From the NCBI GenBank assembly GCA_026023565.1, contig JAPETS010000013.1:186001-250000 (forward strand): a DNA stretch of 64,000 nt, in the 5' to 3' direction. The notes under the pieces were generated by a model. The model was given only the letters and a program-made list of their open reading frames with translations. It had not been told where the DNA came from and searched no databases. Shown one piece after another: positions 25,841 through 37,741 of the stretch. The position numbers and the translations under genes were made by a program. The stretch comes from Cirrosporium novae-zelandiae. Taxonomy: Eukaryota. Numbering within the stretch: the first letter of the stretch is position 1; each line of letters begins with the position of its first letter.

Positions 25841-26737
25841 CTATTTTCTTGCCAGAAATGATTTCATGATGGAGGAGGAAGAATGATGAGGTAAAAGACA
25901 AAAGGTCACGATATTCATTTACATTCCTGTACATTTAAATCACATTCCTCATATTCCTTCACCGTCACAAGTCCGTCCCTCCTTCAACTTGGCTCCAGTT
26001 TCGGAGAAGAGAGTAGTCGTAGCGAGTAACTTAATGAGAGAAAGTACTTGGTAGAAAGTAGAAAAGTAGAAAAGTAGAAAAGTAGATGGCGTAGTTAATT
26101 AACCTGTCCAGTCAATCATGTACAGGTACAGTACCGTAGATAAAAGGCGGTACTGTACCGAGCAGCCCCAAGTTCCCACGGGTCCCTCCTCCGGTCATAA
26201 CTCCCCCCCCCCCCAAGGCCCCAAAAGTGCCCATACCTCATAATCAACTTATCCCTCCCTCATCGCAAGCCACTTGACTTCCCTCTTTTCCTACTTGAGT
26301 TAATGACCGACAATCAATTTGGAAATCCTGTCTTTTTATTTTTTTATCGCTTTGCGCATCATCACTTCATTCATATTCTTTAAACCTCTCATCCCCGAGT
26401 CGGCTGCTTGACGTTGTGGTTATTCGACAAGAAAGTCATCTATCTGAAAAAAAAAATACATCTTTACTTAACGATAGGCGCGCAAATCGGTCTCCTTTGC
26501 GCCAAGCACTGGCCGTCGATCACTGACTGGATTCCAATCCCATATTCCAAGAAAGATACTACGACACAAACCAAAGAGCTCGAGCCATCCCATCATCAGA
26601 ATCTTTTTCGCCATATTCGACATCATCATCACCCATCCCCATCAAATTTCATCATCAACCACGACGGCTCCATCGGTGGCAACCGTAGCCTCCATCTTGA
26701 GTCGCCATTAAGTACTTGGATCAATTGGACTGGAGAC

Positions 26738-28980
26738 ATGGACACAAATCAATCAAATGCTGGTGCAACCAGCAACTCTAGCGATTTTGTGAGTTCCCCC
26801 CTCCAAGACGATCAGAACCCTCCCATGGTTGAATTTACGCTCATCCGAAATAGGTGCGAAAATTATACAAGTGAGCCTGACAAACAATTCCCTCGGCTAC
26901 TCGCTCATCCTTCCCCGGCTTGGCCGCTTTGACCGTTACCCTCTGACCGTCTAACCCCAGAATGCTCGAAGACCCATCGTATTCATCCGTCGTGAGATGG
27001 GGCGATGATGGAGACAGCTTTGTAGTTTTAGAGGTATCAAGAATCGGAAGTGCTCTGAACCGCCAAGTCCAGCTCTAAAGGTTGTCCAGAACGAGAAATT
27101 CACGAAAACGATCCTGCCCAAGCACTTCAAGCATAGCAACTTTGCGAGTTTTGTTCGACAGTTGAATAAATATGACTTCCATAAAGTGCGCCACAACAAC
27201 GAAGAGAGCGGGCAGTCACCATATGGGCCTGGGGTAAGTTGATCAGAAACTGGCAATGGATCCAAACTGAGAGAGGCAGGCCTGGGAATTTAAACATCCA
27301 GAGTTCAAAGCAAACAGCAAAGACACCCTTGACAACATCAAACGGAAAGCCCCCGCCCCGCGCAAACCCCCCCAAAGTACCGACGACGTTGTCCCCACCC
27401 AGCAGATGGATCTGGTAAATACCCAATTGATTGCCACACAGCACCAGCTCCAACAGCTCCAAGAACGATACAGCGAATTAAGCATCCATCATTCCATGCT
27501 GCTGCAGGAACTGATCGGGGTTCAAAAAACCGTAGTCAATCATGAACATGTAATGCAAAATGTCATGAGCTTTCTCCATTCTGTTGACGCCCGCCAAAGG
27601 CGCGATAGTAGACTCACCTTCCATCCAATAGGCAACGGAAATGCCCCGCCTACTATAGATGCAGCTACCCAGCAGGTGGCTCCTAGTGATGAGGAGCCGG
27701 CATCGCCACTTCAGCATGCATCCAAACTGCTCAATGAGCTCAACGCGGATGTTCAGTTGAACTATAAAAATCTGGAACAGACGTTTGAGATACACAATCG
27801 AGCAAACGGGTTGATGTCAACCCCACCCCCGGATTCTGCCTCCCGAAATGGCGCTGGTTCGGCCCGTCCTCCCACTTCGGCCGGCTCAACACATGCAATG
27901 GGATATCCGAAAACATCTGCCGATCTCGACAATGTAGTCTATCCTATCGGACAGACCAATGGTATTGACCCTATGTACAGTGAACACATCAACAATATAC
28001 CGTATCCGATGCCGTCAAAAGATATAGACCCGAACGACCCTCGGAGAGCATTTGCCGAAAGCCGGAAAAGGAGTACTCAAATAGACCCTGGATGGGTACG
28101 GCACCCCCACGTTCTCCTTGTTGAGGATGATGGCACCTGTAGAAGGATAGGGGGCAAGTTTCTTTACTCGTTCAATTGTAACGTTGAAAATGCTGTAAGT
28201 ACAAAAAACCCCTTGCCTTGATCGGAATCCCTCTCATTGATATTTCTAGCTTGATGGTCTGGAAGCCGTGAACAAGGTCAATTCTGGTCAAAAGTATGAT
28301 CTTATATTGATGGATATTATAATGCCTAACCTCGACGGCATTTCTGCTTGCCATCTTATCCGACAGTACGATACCGCGACACCCATAATTGCTATGACCT
28401 CCAACATCCGGAGCGACGACATTGAAATGTATTTTACTCATGGTTAGTTGCCACAGACTCCTTGATGAAATTGACAGAGCTTGACGATTTCTTAGGTATG
28501 AATGATGTTCTTCCAAAACCCTTTACCAAAGAAGGCCTTTTGGCAACACTTGAAAAGCATCTTGGCCATTTGAAGAAGGGCCAAGAGACTATCCCAGCCT
28601 TGTCCACACAGCCCGGCACGCAACCAATCTCTCACGGTTCAGCTGGACAATCCGTCAAGGATGAAAGTTCTCCCGGACAATCGCCTGCCACGCTCAATAA
28701 TTGGCAATCGCCAAATCAGTTTCAAGGAGTGACTCAAGGCGTGTCTCCGGCCCACACCAACATGAGCGCTCAATTTTTGCAGCCAATTAATACGTCGGCT
28801 AGCTATAACCTTGACCAGAATGGTGTCCCGTACCAAACACCCCAGACTCCCATGAGTGCGAGACCTGGTCCACATCGAAGACAGATATCGGACATAGCGG
28901 GACCTGACGACATGGGTGGTGATCCCAAGCGCCAACGCATGTATGGACAACCGATTAATCCCATGACGGGGACTCGATAA
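26738..28980 (+). CDS. SKN7: Stress response regulator Skn7/SrrA (HSF-type DNA-binding domain, coiled coil, receiver domain)
   Basis: HSF motifs 'SSDFVRKLYKMLED' (split over small exons) and '[26 protein letters not shown]'. Receiver motifs 'LLVEDD', '[10 protein letters not shown]', 'VLPKPF'. About six introns. Confidence 0.92.
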
Positions 28981-29666
28981 TGATTTCTTTTGGCCAATCT
29001 CCTTGAACTATTGATCGGCGAAGTAGGATGTATTCCACAAAAGTTGCTAGTGCATGTATAATTTTATCGATATGATCCTTGGGTGAATTTGTTTCGCTAT
29101 TATGATCGCTAGCTATAGTCAACTGCATATGGAATGGCGTTATGAGGGTCTGGGGTTTATATCATTTGGACCAACCAGGGTCGAGGATAGCATGGTTGGA
29201 TATAGGTCAGGACTTTAGGGCTTGTTAGTACAGGTAAACTATTGCCCAGAGACATGTGGGAGGCTGGTGTGAGGGACAGGGCTTCTGGTTATGTTCGATT
29301 GGGAAAAGACGGTTCAGGTCATGAATTCCTAACTGGCGATAGATGATTCCCATCTACGTGACGATTTGTTAGTTGACGCATATTATACCTATTTGCATGT
29401 GAAGAGAATAGGCATTTTCCTATGAGAGCTGTATCAATAAATAAAAAACAGTTATGTCAAAACCCAGGTTCATCGAGGTAGTTGAGTGTTGAGTGTGTAT
29501 TTGGTAAAAAGTAGTTAACTTGAGTTTTGTTTGGGAGATGGGGTGGCTAGTTGGTGTGCGATCTATCAAGAGATAACCTTATTTAATTTTCTGTGTAACT
29601 TGACAACTCTGACGCATCGCCAATATATCATGGTAATGGGAAAGAACATAACTTTCAATTTTCAAT

Positions 29667-31768
29667 ATGGCACCCAAGAATCAGCACCATAAAGGCAAAG
29701 GAGCCGCAAAGTCCAACCAGGAAGAAGTTGAGGAGCCCCTACAAGCAGTGGTCCTGGCTGATACCTACGAAACCCGTTTTAGTCCATTTACGCTTGGAAA
29801 ACCGCGATGTCTGTTACCTTTAGCCAACACTCCTTTGATTGAGTATACCCTAGAATTCCTTGCAAATTCCGGAGTCAAGGAAGTATTCCTCTATCCCGGA
29901 GCCCATCCAGACCAGGTGGAAGAGTATATCAACAATTCAAAATGGAGAAAACCATGGTCACCGTTCCGGAAATTCTCTTTTCTTAAATCTGCTGCTACTT
30001 CTGTCGGAGAAGTAATGCGCGACCTTGATGGAAAAGGCCTTATGAATGGTCATTTTCTTGTGGTTTCTGGAGATATTGTTTGCAATCTACCTATCGAGGA
30101 TGCTTTGACGATACATCGAGCAAGACATGAGGCCGACAAAAATGCAATTATGACCATCATTCTGCGCGAAGCTGGAGTTTCCCATTTACAGAATTCACAA
30201 GGTGCTTGTCCGCTTTTTGTCATAGATCCTACAAACGATCGATGCCTTCATTATGATGAGATGCATTCCAAGCAAAGTGAGGACATCAGCATTGACCCAC
30301 AGCTATTCAAATCTCATCCAGAACTTGACCTTCGACCAGATCTTCTTGATTGTCGTATAGACATCTGTACTCCAGACGCACTAAGTCTGTGGTCTGACAA
30401 CTTTGATTACCAGTCTCCCAGACAGCAATTCCTGAAAGGCGTATTGAAGGACTATGAACTTAATGGAAAAACAATACATACTTATATTGTCAATGATCAT
30501 TACGCTGCTAGGGTAAAGAACTTGCAAGCTTATGTTGCAGTGAGCAAAGACATTATTTCTAGACGGGCCTATCCATTTTGTCCCGATACAAACCTACTGC
30601 CCGGTCACTCCTATAGCCTCGGACGCCGCAACAATTACCAGGAAGGGGGTGTTGTACTTGCTCGATCTTGCGAAATTAAACGGAATACCGTCATTGGGCG
30701 GGGTACTAGCATAGGTGATGGGAGTATAATAGAGAATAGCGTACTTGGACGGCGTTGTCAGATTGGTAAGAATGTCATTCTTGATGGAGCTTATATTTGG
30801 GATGACGCTGTGATCGGGGATGGCTCCGAGATACGACAAGCAATTGTAGCAAATGAGGCGTTTGTTGGGCCACGGTGCAAACTCGAACCTGGAGCCCTTG
30901 TCACTTTTGCAGTCCGTCTGGCAGAGGATACAACCGTTTTAGCTGGAAAGAGAATAGCCATTGACGAAGAAGGACACGGCTATGATTACAATGAATCTGA
31001 CGAGGATGATGAGGATGATCTTGAGAGCGTTGCATCTTCCCGCTTAAGTATACATCCCGTTCTTATGATCTTCGAAAGAAGCTAACTTTTGTAGTGTATA
31101 ACATGGCTAATCTATCACTGTCTGACTCAAGCGTGTCAACCCTACATTCTGAGCCTTCCGAGGAGTCGGAATCTCGGGCAGGTTCTACGACTACAGCTGA
31201 CGAAGGACCTGGTGAGGAACGGTTCCTCGCTGACGTGTCAGCCAGTGTTCTCGACGCTCTTGAAAAGAAACAGGCTTGGGATGTCATACATCTAGATGTT
31301 ATGAGCTCACGTTTGACCTTTGATGCTTCGGACCATAGTGTCAGGCATGCGATCATTATGGCATTTAATAAAAGAATCCAACAACTCATGGAAACGGATA
31401 GCCTCGGTGCAGGTGAAGCTGTGAAAAAAGTCTACTCGGGGTACAAAATGCTTATTGAGCGTGCTGTATCTGATGCAGACAAAGAAGAAAAGCCAGACGA
31501 GGTTGACTTTTTGATTTTGGTACAGCAGGATCTTATTCATTACAACAAGGGTGGAGCGATTCTATTATTTACTGCCCAGGAGCTTTATAACCAGGAAATA
31601 TTTGAGGAGGAGGCTTTCCATCAATGGTGGGAGGATCCCAAGTCAAGTGCAGACGAAGATATGCAGAAGGTACGGACTCAAACAGAGGAGTTTATAAAGT
31701 GGTTGAAAGAAGCAGAAAGTGAAAGCGAGAGCGAAAGCGAAGGTGGAAGTGACGAGGATGATGAGTAG
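29667..31768 (+). CDS. GCD6: Translation initiation factor eIF2B epsilon subunit
   Basis: NT-like N-terminus 'LQAVVLADTYETRFSPFT..PRCLLPLAN', left-handed beta-helix repeats, C-terminal W2 domain 'FIKWLKEAESESE'. Intron 31048-31094. Confidence 0.92.
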
Positions 31769-32572
31769 TAAGGAACAAATACCATGCCTGTCGCTTTCAG
31801 AGGCTGATCAGGCCTGAAATAAGCAGTACTCATGTGACTTAAGGGGTTAACCATAAGAGGCCCTCACTACTTCACCCATAGAGACGAAATAAAAGCGTTC
31901 GGGTCTTGGATTGAGATAATAAAACCAAACATGTAGTCTACTGTACAACGCACTCTTGAATACATGTATCTACACACCTGGGCACGACCCCTACACGTCT
32001 GGAGGGCCCGTACGCCAACACATATGTACATATTAAATATTATTACGGTATTCATTCCTTCTAAAATAATTTTATTTAAGTAACAAGTCCGAGTCGTTCC
32101 TTAACCTTTTCGGATTCTGCCGTCGGGTTAGCAATCCAGTCACCTGCCGAACGTCATTTCCCTACTCCCTCAATCCCTCGTGCCAACCAACCGAACACAA
32201 CTCACAACTTTGTTCAACCTCAATAGGCCGGTACGACTGGACATTCACTTAATTACAACTCGGCTTTACCGCCAGTAAACTTTCTTTTACGTTTTATCAC
32301 CTCCATCGGCCCTCCATATCCGTCTATATTCGCTCCTCATCACTCGTCACTACCCTGCAAGCTCGTGCCGATTCTCGTCAATACGAGATCAGCACGCAGC
32401 TGCCTCGACCTCGCCCAAAACGCCTCCTCTACGGAAAAAGAGGAAAGCACTAGACGAAATATATTCCTCCAAGATCGAAAAGCTCTCTATCAGGAAGGTG
32501 TCCAAGAAGACCAAATTTGACGACGAGGTTGCCCCCGCCACTCCTCTTACCGATCCTAGTACTCCTAAACAG

Positions 32573-34236
32573 ATGGATTCTGAAGACGAATATTTGACCG
32601 ATGCCTCCAGTATGGATGGCTTTGATGGAACACAGGATAGCGATGATGGAAGCTTTGGAGAGGGTAAGTCTAGCCTAATGTCCTTAATTGTTGCTCACTT
32701 CGTCTAACATGTACAATATAGACTTCGGAGATGAAGATATCGGCTTCCAAGATAAAGATATCCTACAATCCAGAAAGAAACCATACGAAGTTGACTTTAA
32801 AGTCTGCAACCCTGATGATATTCTAAAGCAGCAGAAGAAACAGATTGATGAAGTCTCGGCAATTCTCGGACAACCACCGGAAGCCACAGCCATATTGCTT
32901 AGATACACTAGATGGAACCGAGAAAAACTCATAGAGTCATATATGGATCGGCAGGATCACGTACTAGAGGAAGCCGGGTTGGGGCCTACCTTTTCCGTAG
33001 CTCCGGAGACGGTAGTTATTCCTGGATTCGAGTGTGATATTTGTTTTGCCGATGATGCAGATTTAGAAACCTATGCTATGAAATGTGGACATCGTTTCTG
33101 TGTTGGCTGTTACCGTCAATATCTCATGGGAAAAATAAAAGATGAAGGCGAGGCAGCAAGAATACAGTGCCCGGGAGAAGACTGCCGTCTCATTGTCGAT
33201 TCCAAGAGCCTAAATCTTCTTTGCCCGCCGGATCTACGTGAAAGATACCAAACGCTACTCACCCGTACCTATGTCGACGACAAAGACAGTCTGAAGTGGT
33301 GTCCCGCCCCTAACTGTGAGTTTGCAGTTGAGTGTGAGATCAAGAAGCGGGAGCTGGATAGGATTGTTCCTACGGTTAACTGCAACTGCGGACACAGCTT
33401 CTGTTTTGGCTGTACTTTAAATGATCACCAGCCTGCGCCTTGTTCATTAGTTCGGCAATGGCTGAAAAAATGTGAAGATGATTCAGAAACGGCAAACTGG
33501 ATTTCTGCCAACACAAAGGAATGCCCCAAATGCTCGTCAACGATTGAAAAAAATGGCGGATGCAATCACATGACATGCCGGAAATGCAAACATGAGTTTT
33601 GCTGGATGTGTATGGGAATCTGGTCAGAACATGGCACCAGCTGGTATAATTGCAACCGGTACGAGGAGAAATCAGGAGCCGAAGCTCGGGATGCTCAAGC
33701 CCGGTCTCGACAGTCTTTAGAGCGTTATTTGCACTATTATAACCGTTATGCGAACCACGAGCATTCAGCAAAACTCGATAAAGACATATACCTCAAAACT
33801 GAAAGAAAAATGACCGGCTTGCAATCTGCATCCGGGATGAGCTGGATTGAAGTCCAATTTCTTAGCAGTGCATCTCAAGCATTACAGCAATGTCGACAGA
33901 CTCTCAAGTGGACGTATGCCTTTGCTTATTACTTGAAAAAGTCGGACAAAAATAGTCTTACCGAGGTGTTTGAGGATAACCAGAAGGATTTGGAGCTCGC
34001 GGTGGAGGATTTGAGTGAAATGTTTGAAAAACCAGTTGCAGAGCTTTCGGGTCTCAAAGTCAGCATCCTGGACAAGACCGCCTATTGTAACAAAAGACGT
34101 GTCATTGTCCTGAGTGATACTGCCGAAATTCTCAAGAAAGGTATATCTTGTCACTAATTTACCCATTTAACTTGTATAACAAATGTCTCACATCATTCTA
34201 GGGGACTGGAGGTTCTCCATTGATGTTAGTTCTTGA
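32573..34236 (+). CDS. Ariadne-family RBR E3 ubiquitin ligase (Hel1/ARIH1-like)
   Basis: Acidic N-terminus, RING1 (CDICF..CGHRFCVGC), IBR (WCPAPNC), RING2 (ECPKC..IEKNGGCNHMTC), Ariadne domain 'LERYLHYYNRY'. Introns at about 32664-32721 and 34141-34201. Confidence 0.92.
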
Positions 34237-35363
34237 GGCGTTGATATTAGGCGCATTTGCTTTTTAAGCAAGACTGACGATGGCCCGACTTGACGGCTAA
34301 CCATGCATGAGCCATGTTTTCCAACATATTTAGGAAGAGCGGAGTCTTCGTGGGAGGTCCGCATGGGAATGGCGTCAGCATATTGCGGACTCTGACGGGG
34401 CGTTTCTTTGGATGGAGTATCAACTTGTCTATACAGTCTGAAGGAAAGAGCATGGTTACATTGCTCCTATTAGAGATATTTTTTATTTTCCGAGAGTCTT
34501 GCACCAATACGTATATATTTACCATGTTTCAAGGGTCTAGTAAGGCGATTAGACACCATTATTACATTCCTGCTACACGATGGATCTGGTGGATCTATAT
34601 CTCCGTCTGAGTGGAGATGCCGGGGCTGGTAGAGTGGAGCTTGAGTGGAGCTCACGTGCATGGCGTTACCCTCTTTTTCCTTTATTCAACCCCACCTCAA
34701 TCCGAATGCCTGGAAGAAATTAGAAGAAGTAGTAAGGAAGTCAATATCAATTCAAGGGGTCAAAAAAGAAAAAAAGGGTGAATAGACTACCCAATCCCGG
34801 TAACTAGAATCCCAGTAGGGTATCTTGCTCGTATGAACACCCCAGGACTAGCACAATCGAGGGTTGGTTGACAATGGTGAACCTGGTCTGTGCAGTCGAC
34901 AACAGCACAATTGACTTTGACGATAACGGTAATGAAGTTCATGAATCGTTACCTAGGGAGTTAATTATTAGCTACGTCAGATCTACCGAATATATGAGTG
35001 AAGAATAAGGCGTTTATATAGATATATTGTAACAAAGGGCCGAGAACATGGCTATGTGACTAAGACAAGAGCCCCGGACCACCAGAACTTCCGCGGATTG
35101 AAGGGTACACCGGCATGACATCGATACTTTGTACACTTAGCTTATTTCTTCCAAATTGAACTTGTGTGCAGTCATTTTATCCGTTTACAATCAGATCTGT
35201 TCCAATTCAAACAACCCTCGTTGTCCTTGAAATATAGCCATCTTGAATTTTCTACCTTCCTTTTTCCTTCTTCCCCATTATGACCTCTTAAACCGAAATC
35301 CTGGATTCCTCAAAGACCATCGCCCTGCCTCCCGACGTAGGGTCCATCGCCGCCGGCCATCAG

Positions 35364-36683
35364 ATGGCCGCGCCCAACGGTGTCCCAGTCGAGGAGTGGG
35401 AGTAAGACTTTCTGCTAATTGAGATCAGAATGGAATCGCTAACTGGGAATATTAGCTATGAATCGTTGCCAACCTATTCGTTAGGACCCAACATGCTTGC
35501 TGGCGCCTTTGCCGGTATCGCAGTGAGTCGACTCACGGTTGATATGGAAGCATCAAAATTCTCACAGCCCTCCAGGAACATTCAGTCATGTATCCTGTTG
35601 ATCTTCTAAAGGTATATTTCCTTGAAATTTGCTCCAAATGAAATCTTATTGACTTTAGTTGCTTTTAGACCCGGATGCAAGTTATTTCCCCAAGCTCGGC
35701 TACCCTATATTCTGGTATCGGCACTGCGATATCAACTATTCGCCGCGCCGAAGGCCTTCGGACTATGTATCGGGGAATTTCAAGTGTTATTCTTGGGGCT
35801 GGTAGGAAATATAACCTCGTTTTAATTGGGTTGGCGTGCTGAACAGCTTGGGATAGGGCCTGCGCATGCCGTACATTTTGCCACCTACGAGGCGGTAAAG
35901 TCGTTTGCTGGTGGAAATGGAGAAGGAGCACATCCCTTTGCTGCGGGTTAGAAACCGATCCTTTCTATCGCATTAATTGAGACGGCACTGACAATACCGC
36001 AGCTTTGAGTGGAGCTTGCGCAACTACTGCCAGCGATGCCCTCATGAACCCATTTGATGGTATGGATATGAGCCCTCGTTCTGGGCTTCACCCAGCTAAT
36101 ATTATTTCTAGTGATTAAACAACGAATGCAAGTTCAAGGTTCAAACTACAAATCCATTGCCGCCTGCACTTCCCATGTTTACCGGGCAGAAGGACTGGGG
36201 GCATTCTACGTCTCTTACCCGACAACGTTGTTCATGAATGTCCCTTTTACAGCCATTCAATTCCTCGCCTACGACTCCATCTCCCGAGTTATGAATCCTT
36301 CGCAACGATATGATCCGATAACTCACGTGACCGCAGGGGGGTTGGCAGGTGCATTTGCAGCCGGGTTGACAACTCCTCTTGATGTGATCAAGACCCTCTT
36401 GCAGACTCGGGGCACCAATTCGGATACCGAAATTCGGAGGGTGCATGGAATCGCCGGGGCGGCTGCCATTATTAAGCGGAGGTACGGTTGGCGGGGATTC
36501 TTTCGAGGATTAAGACCGAGAATCATTCAAACAATGCCGAGTACTGCAATCTGCTGGTAGGTTTTTTGTTCATCTGAAGATTGATGGTTGCAGCGTATAT
36601 TGGAAGGAAGTTTACTGATCTACCATAGGGGCTCCTACGAAATGGCGAAAGCTTACTTTATTCACCAAGCGAGAGACGTATAA
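35364..36683 (+). CDS. MRS3: Mitochondrial iron carrier mitoferrin (Mrs3/Mrs4)
   Basis: Carrier motifs 'AGAFAGIAEHSVMYPVDLLK', 'GAGPAHAVHFATYE', 'FYVSYPTTLFMNVPF', 'TTPLDVIKTLLQ'. Many short introns. Confidence 0.88.
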
Positions 36684-37741
36684 CATTGGTTGAAAAATCT
36701 CTCAACACACTTCGTGCATCTATACCACTTGACACATACACAATCGCAGAACCCCTTTACGATGAAGCATTTCTGAGGCGAAACAGGCGTTGGAAAAAGT
36801 GACGGCTTCACATGCTACGAAGAACAGGAAATTCACTTGAATAAAGAAAATGGGGGGGCTATTCTGAATCTCGTATGACAGATCTTGAGGCATTTCTTCT
36901 TCCGTTCCTCAGGTCGGTCGATTTCATGTAAGATCAGCAGAAAGGTTCAAGGCGTTTTTATGACATCGGTACTCAAGCGGCGACCTTGAATACTAGGAGA
37001 GGCCTCCTTCATGGATGTGGTCCAGGTGAAGGAGGTATTTGATCATGATTTCGATCAAACTTGTATTATATGTTGGTATGAAGGGGCTAGGGTTTTTTTT
37101 TTTTTGATAGTCAAGAATACCCAACTAGAGGGAAGACGAATGATGGGAATTAATAGTTGAGAAATCCAAGTACACAGTACGGAATTCCACTTTGGTTAAT
37201 GTTTGGATAGTTGTTGGATAATATTTCTGAAGTCGTGTGGTCCCCTGGCACTTGGGTGTGGCATTGTGGCTTGAAATAATGGGAAGGCGGTAAATGGCCA
37301 GGTAGCGTATGTGGTGTGTAACTTGAGTACTTAATGAACTAGTCCTTGCCTTGCATTGTAAGTTACTGCGTGATCTCGTAATTAATCAATTACTCGATTA
37401 CCGACCGGAGACTTTAACTGATGGCTCGTGAAGACCAGTAGATTCACTCAACAGACCCAACCACCACCACAGTCTCACCTTTCACTCTTCACCTCAACGA
37501 AAAGACCATTTTGGAATTGATTGTTCTCCTCACCTTCTATGAGAAGACAAATTAATATCTTTGTTTGAAATAAATTTAAAAGGTTTCTTGACATCCCAAA
37601 GCACAGCCCTGCATGCCCGACTACGTCACAGGTCGGCGCAGGGTTTCTTGCACCATTTGCGACCCATCGTACATACCGACAGATTTCTGACTGCCTACCA
37701 ATACTGTTTCATGAAATGCCCTTGATAGATTCAAAGCTGCC

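Noticed and set aside
26408..26737. 110-codon in-frame open stretch (TTG start) upstream of the SKN7 ATG as an N-terminal extension
   Set aside because: The encoded peptide looks like translated UTR (poly-A-derived Lys, CAT-repeat His) with no recognisable signal. Cannot be supported without conservation data.
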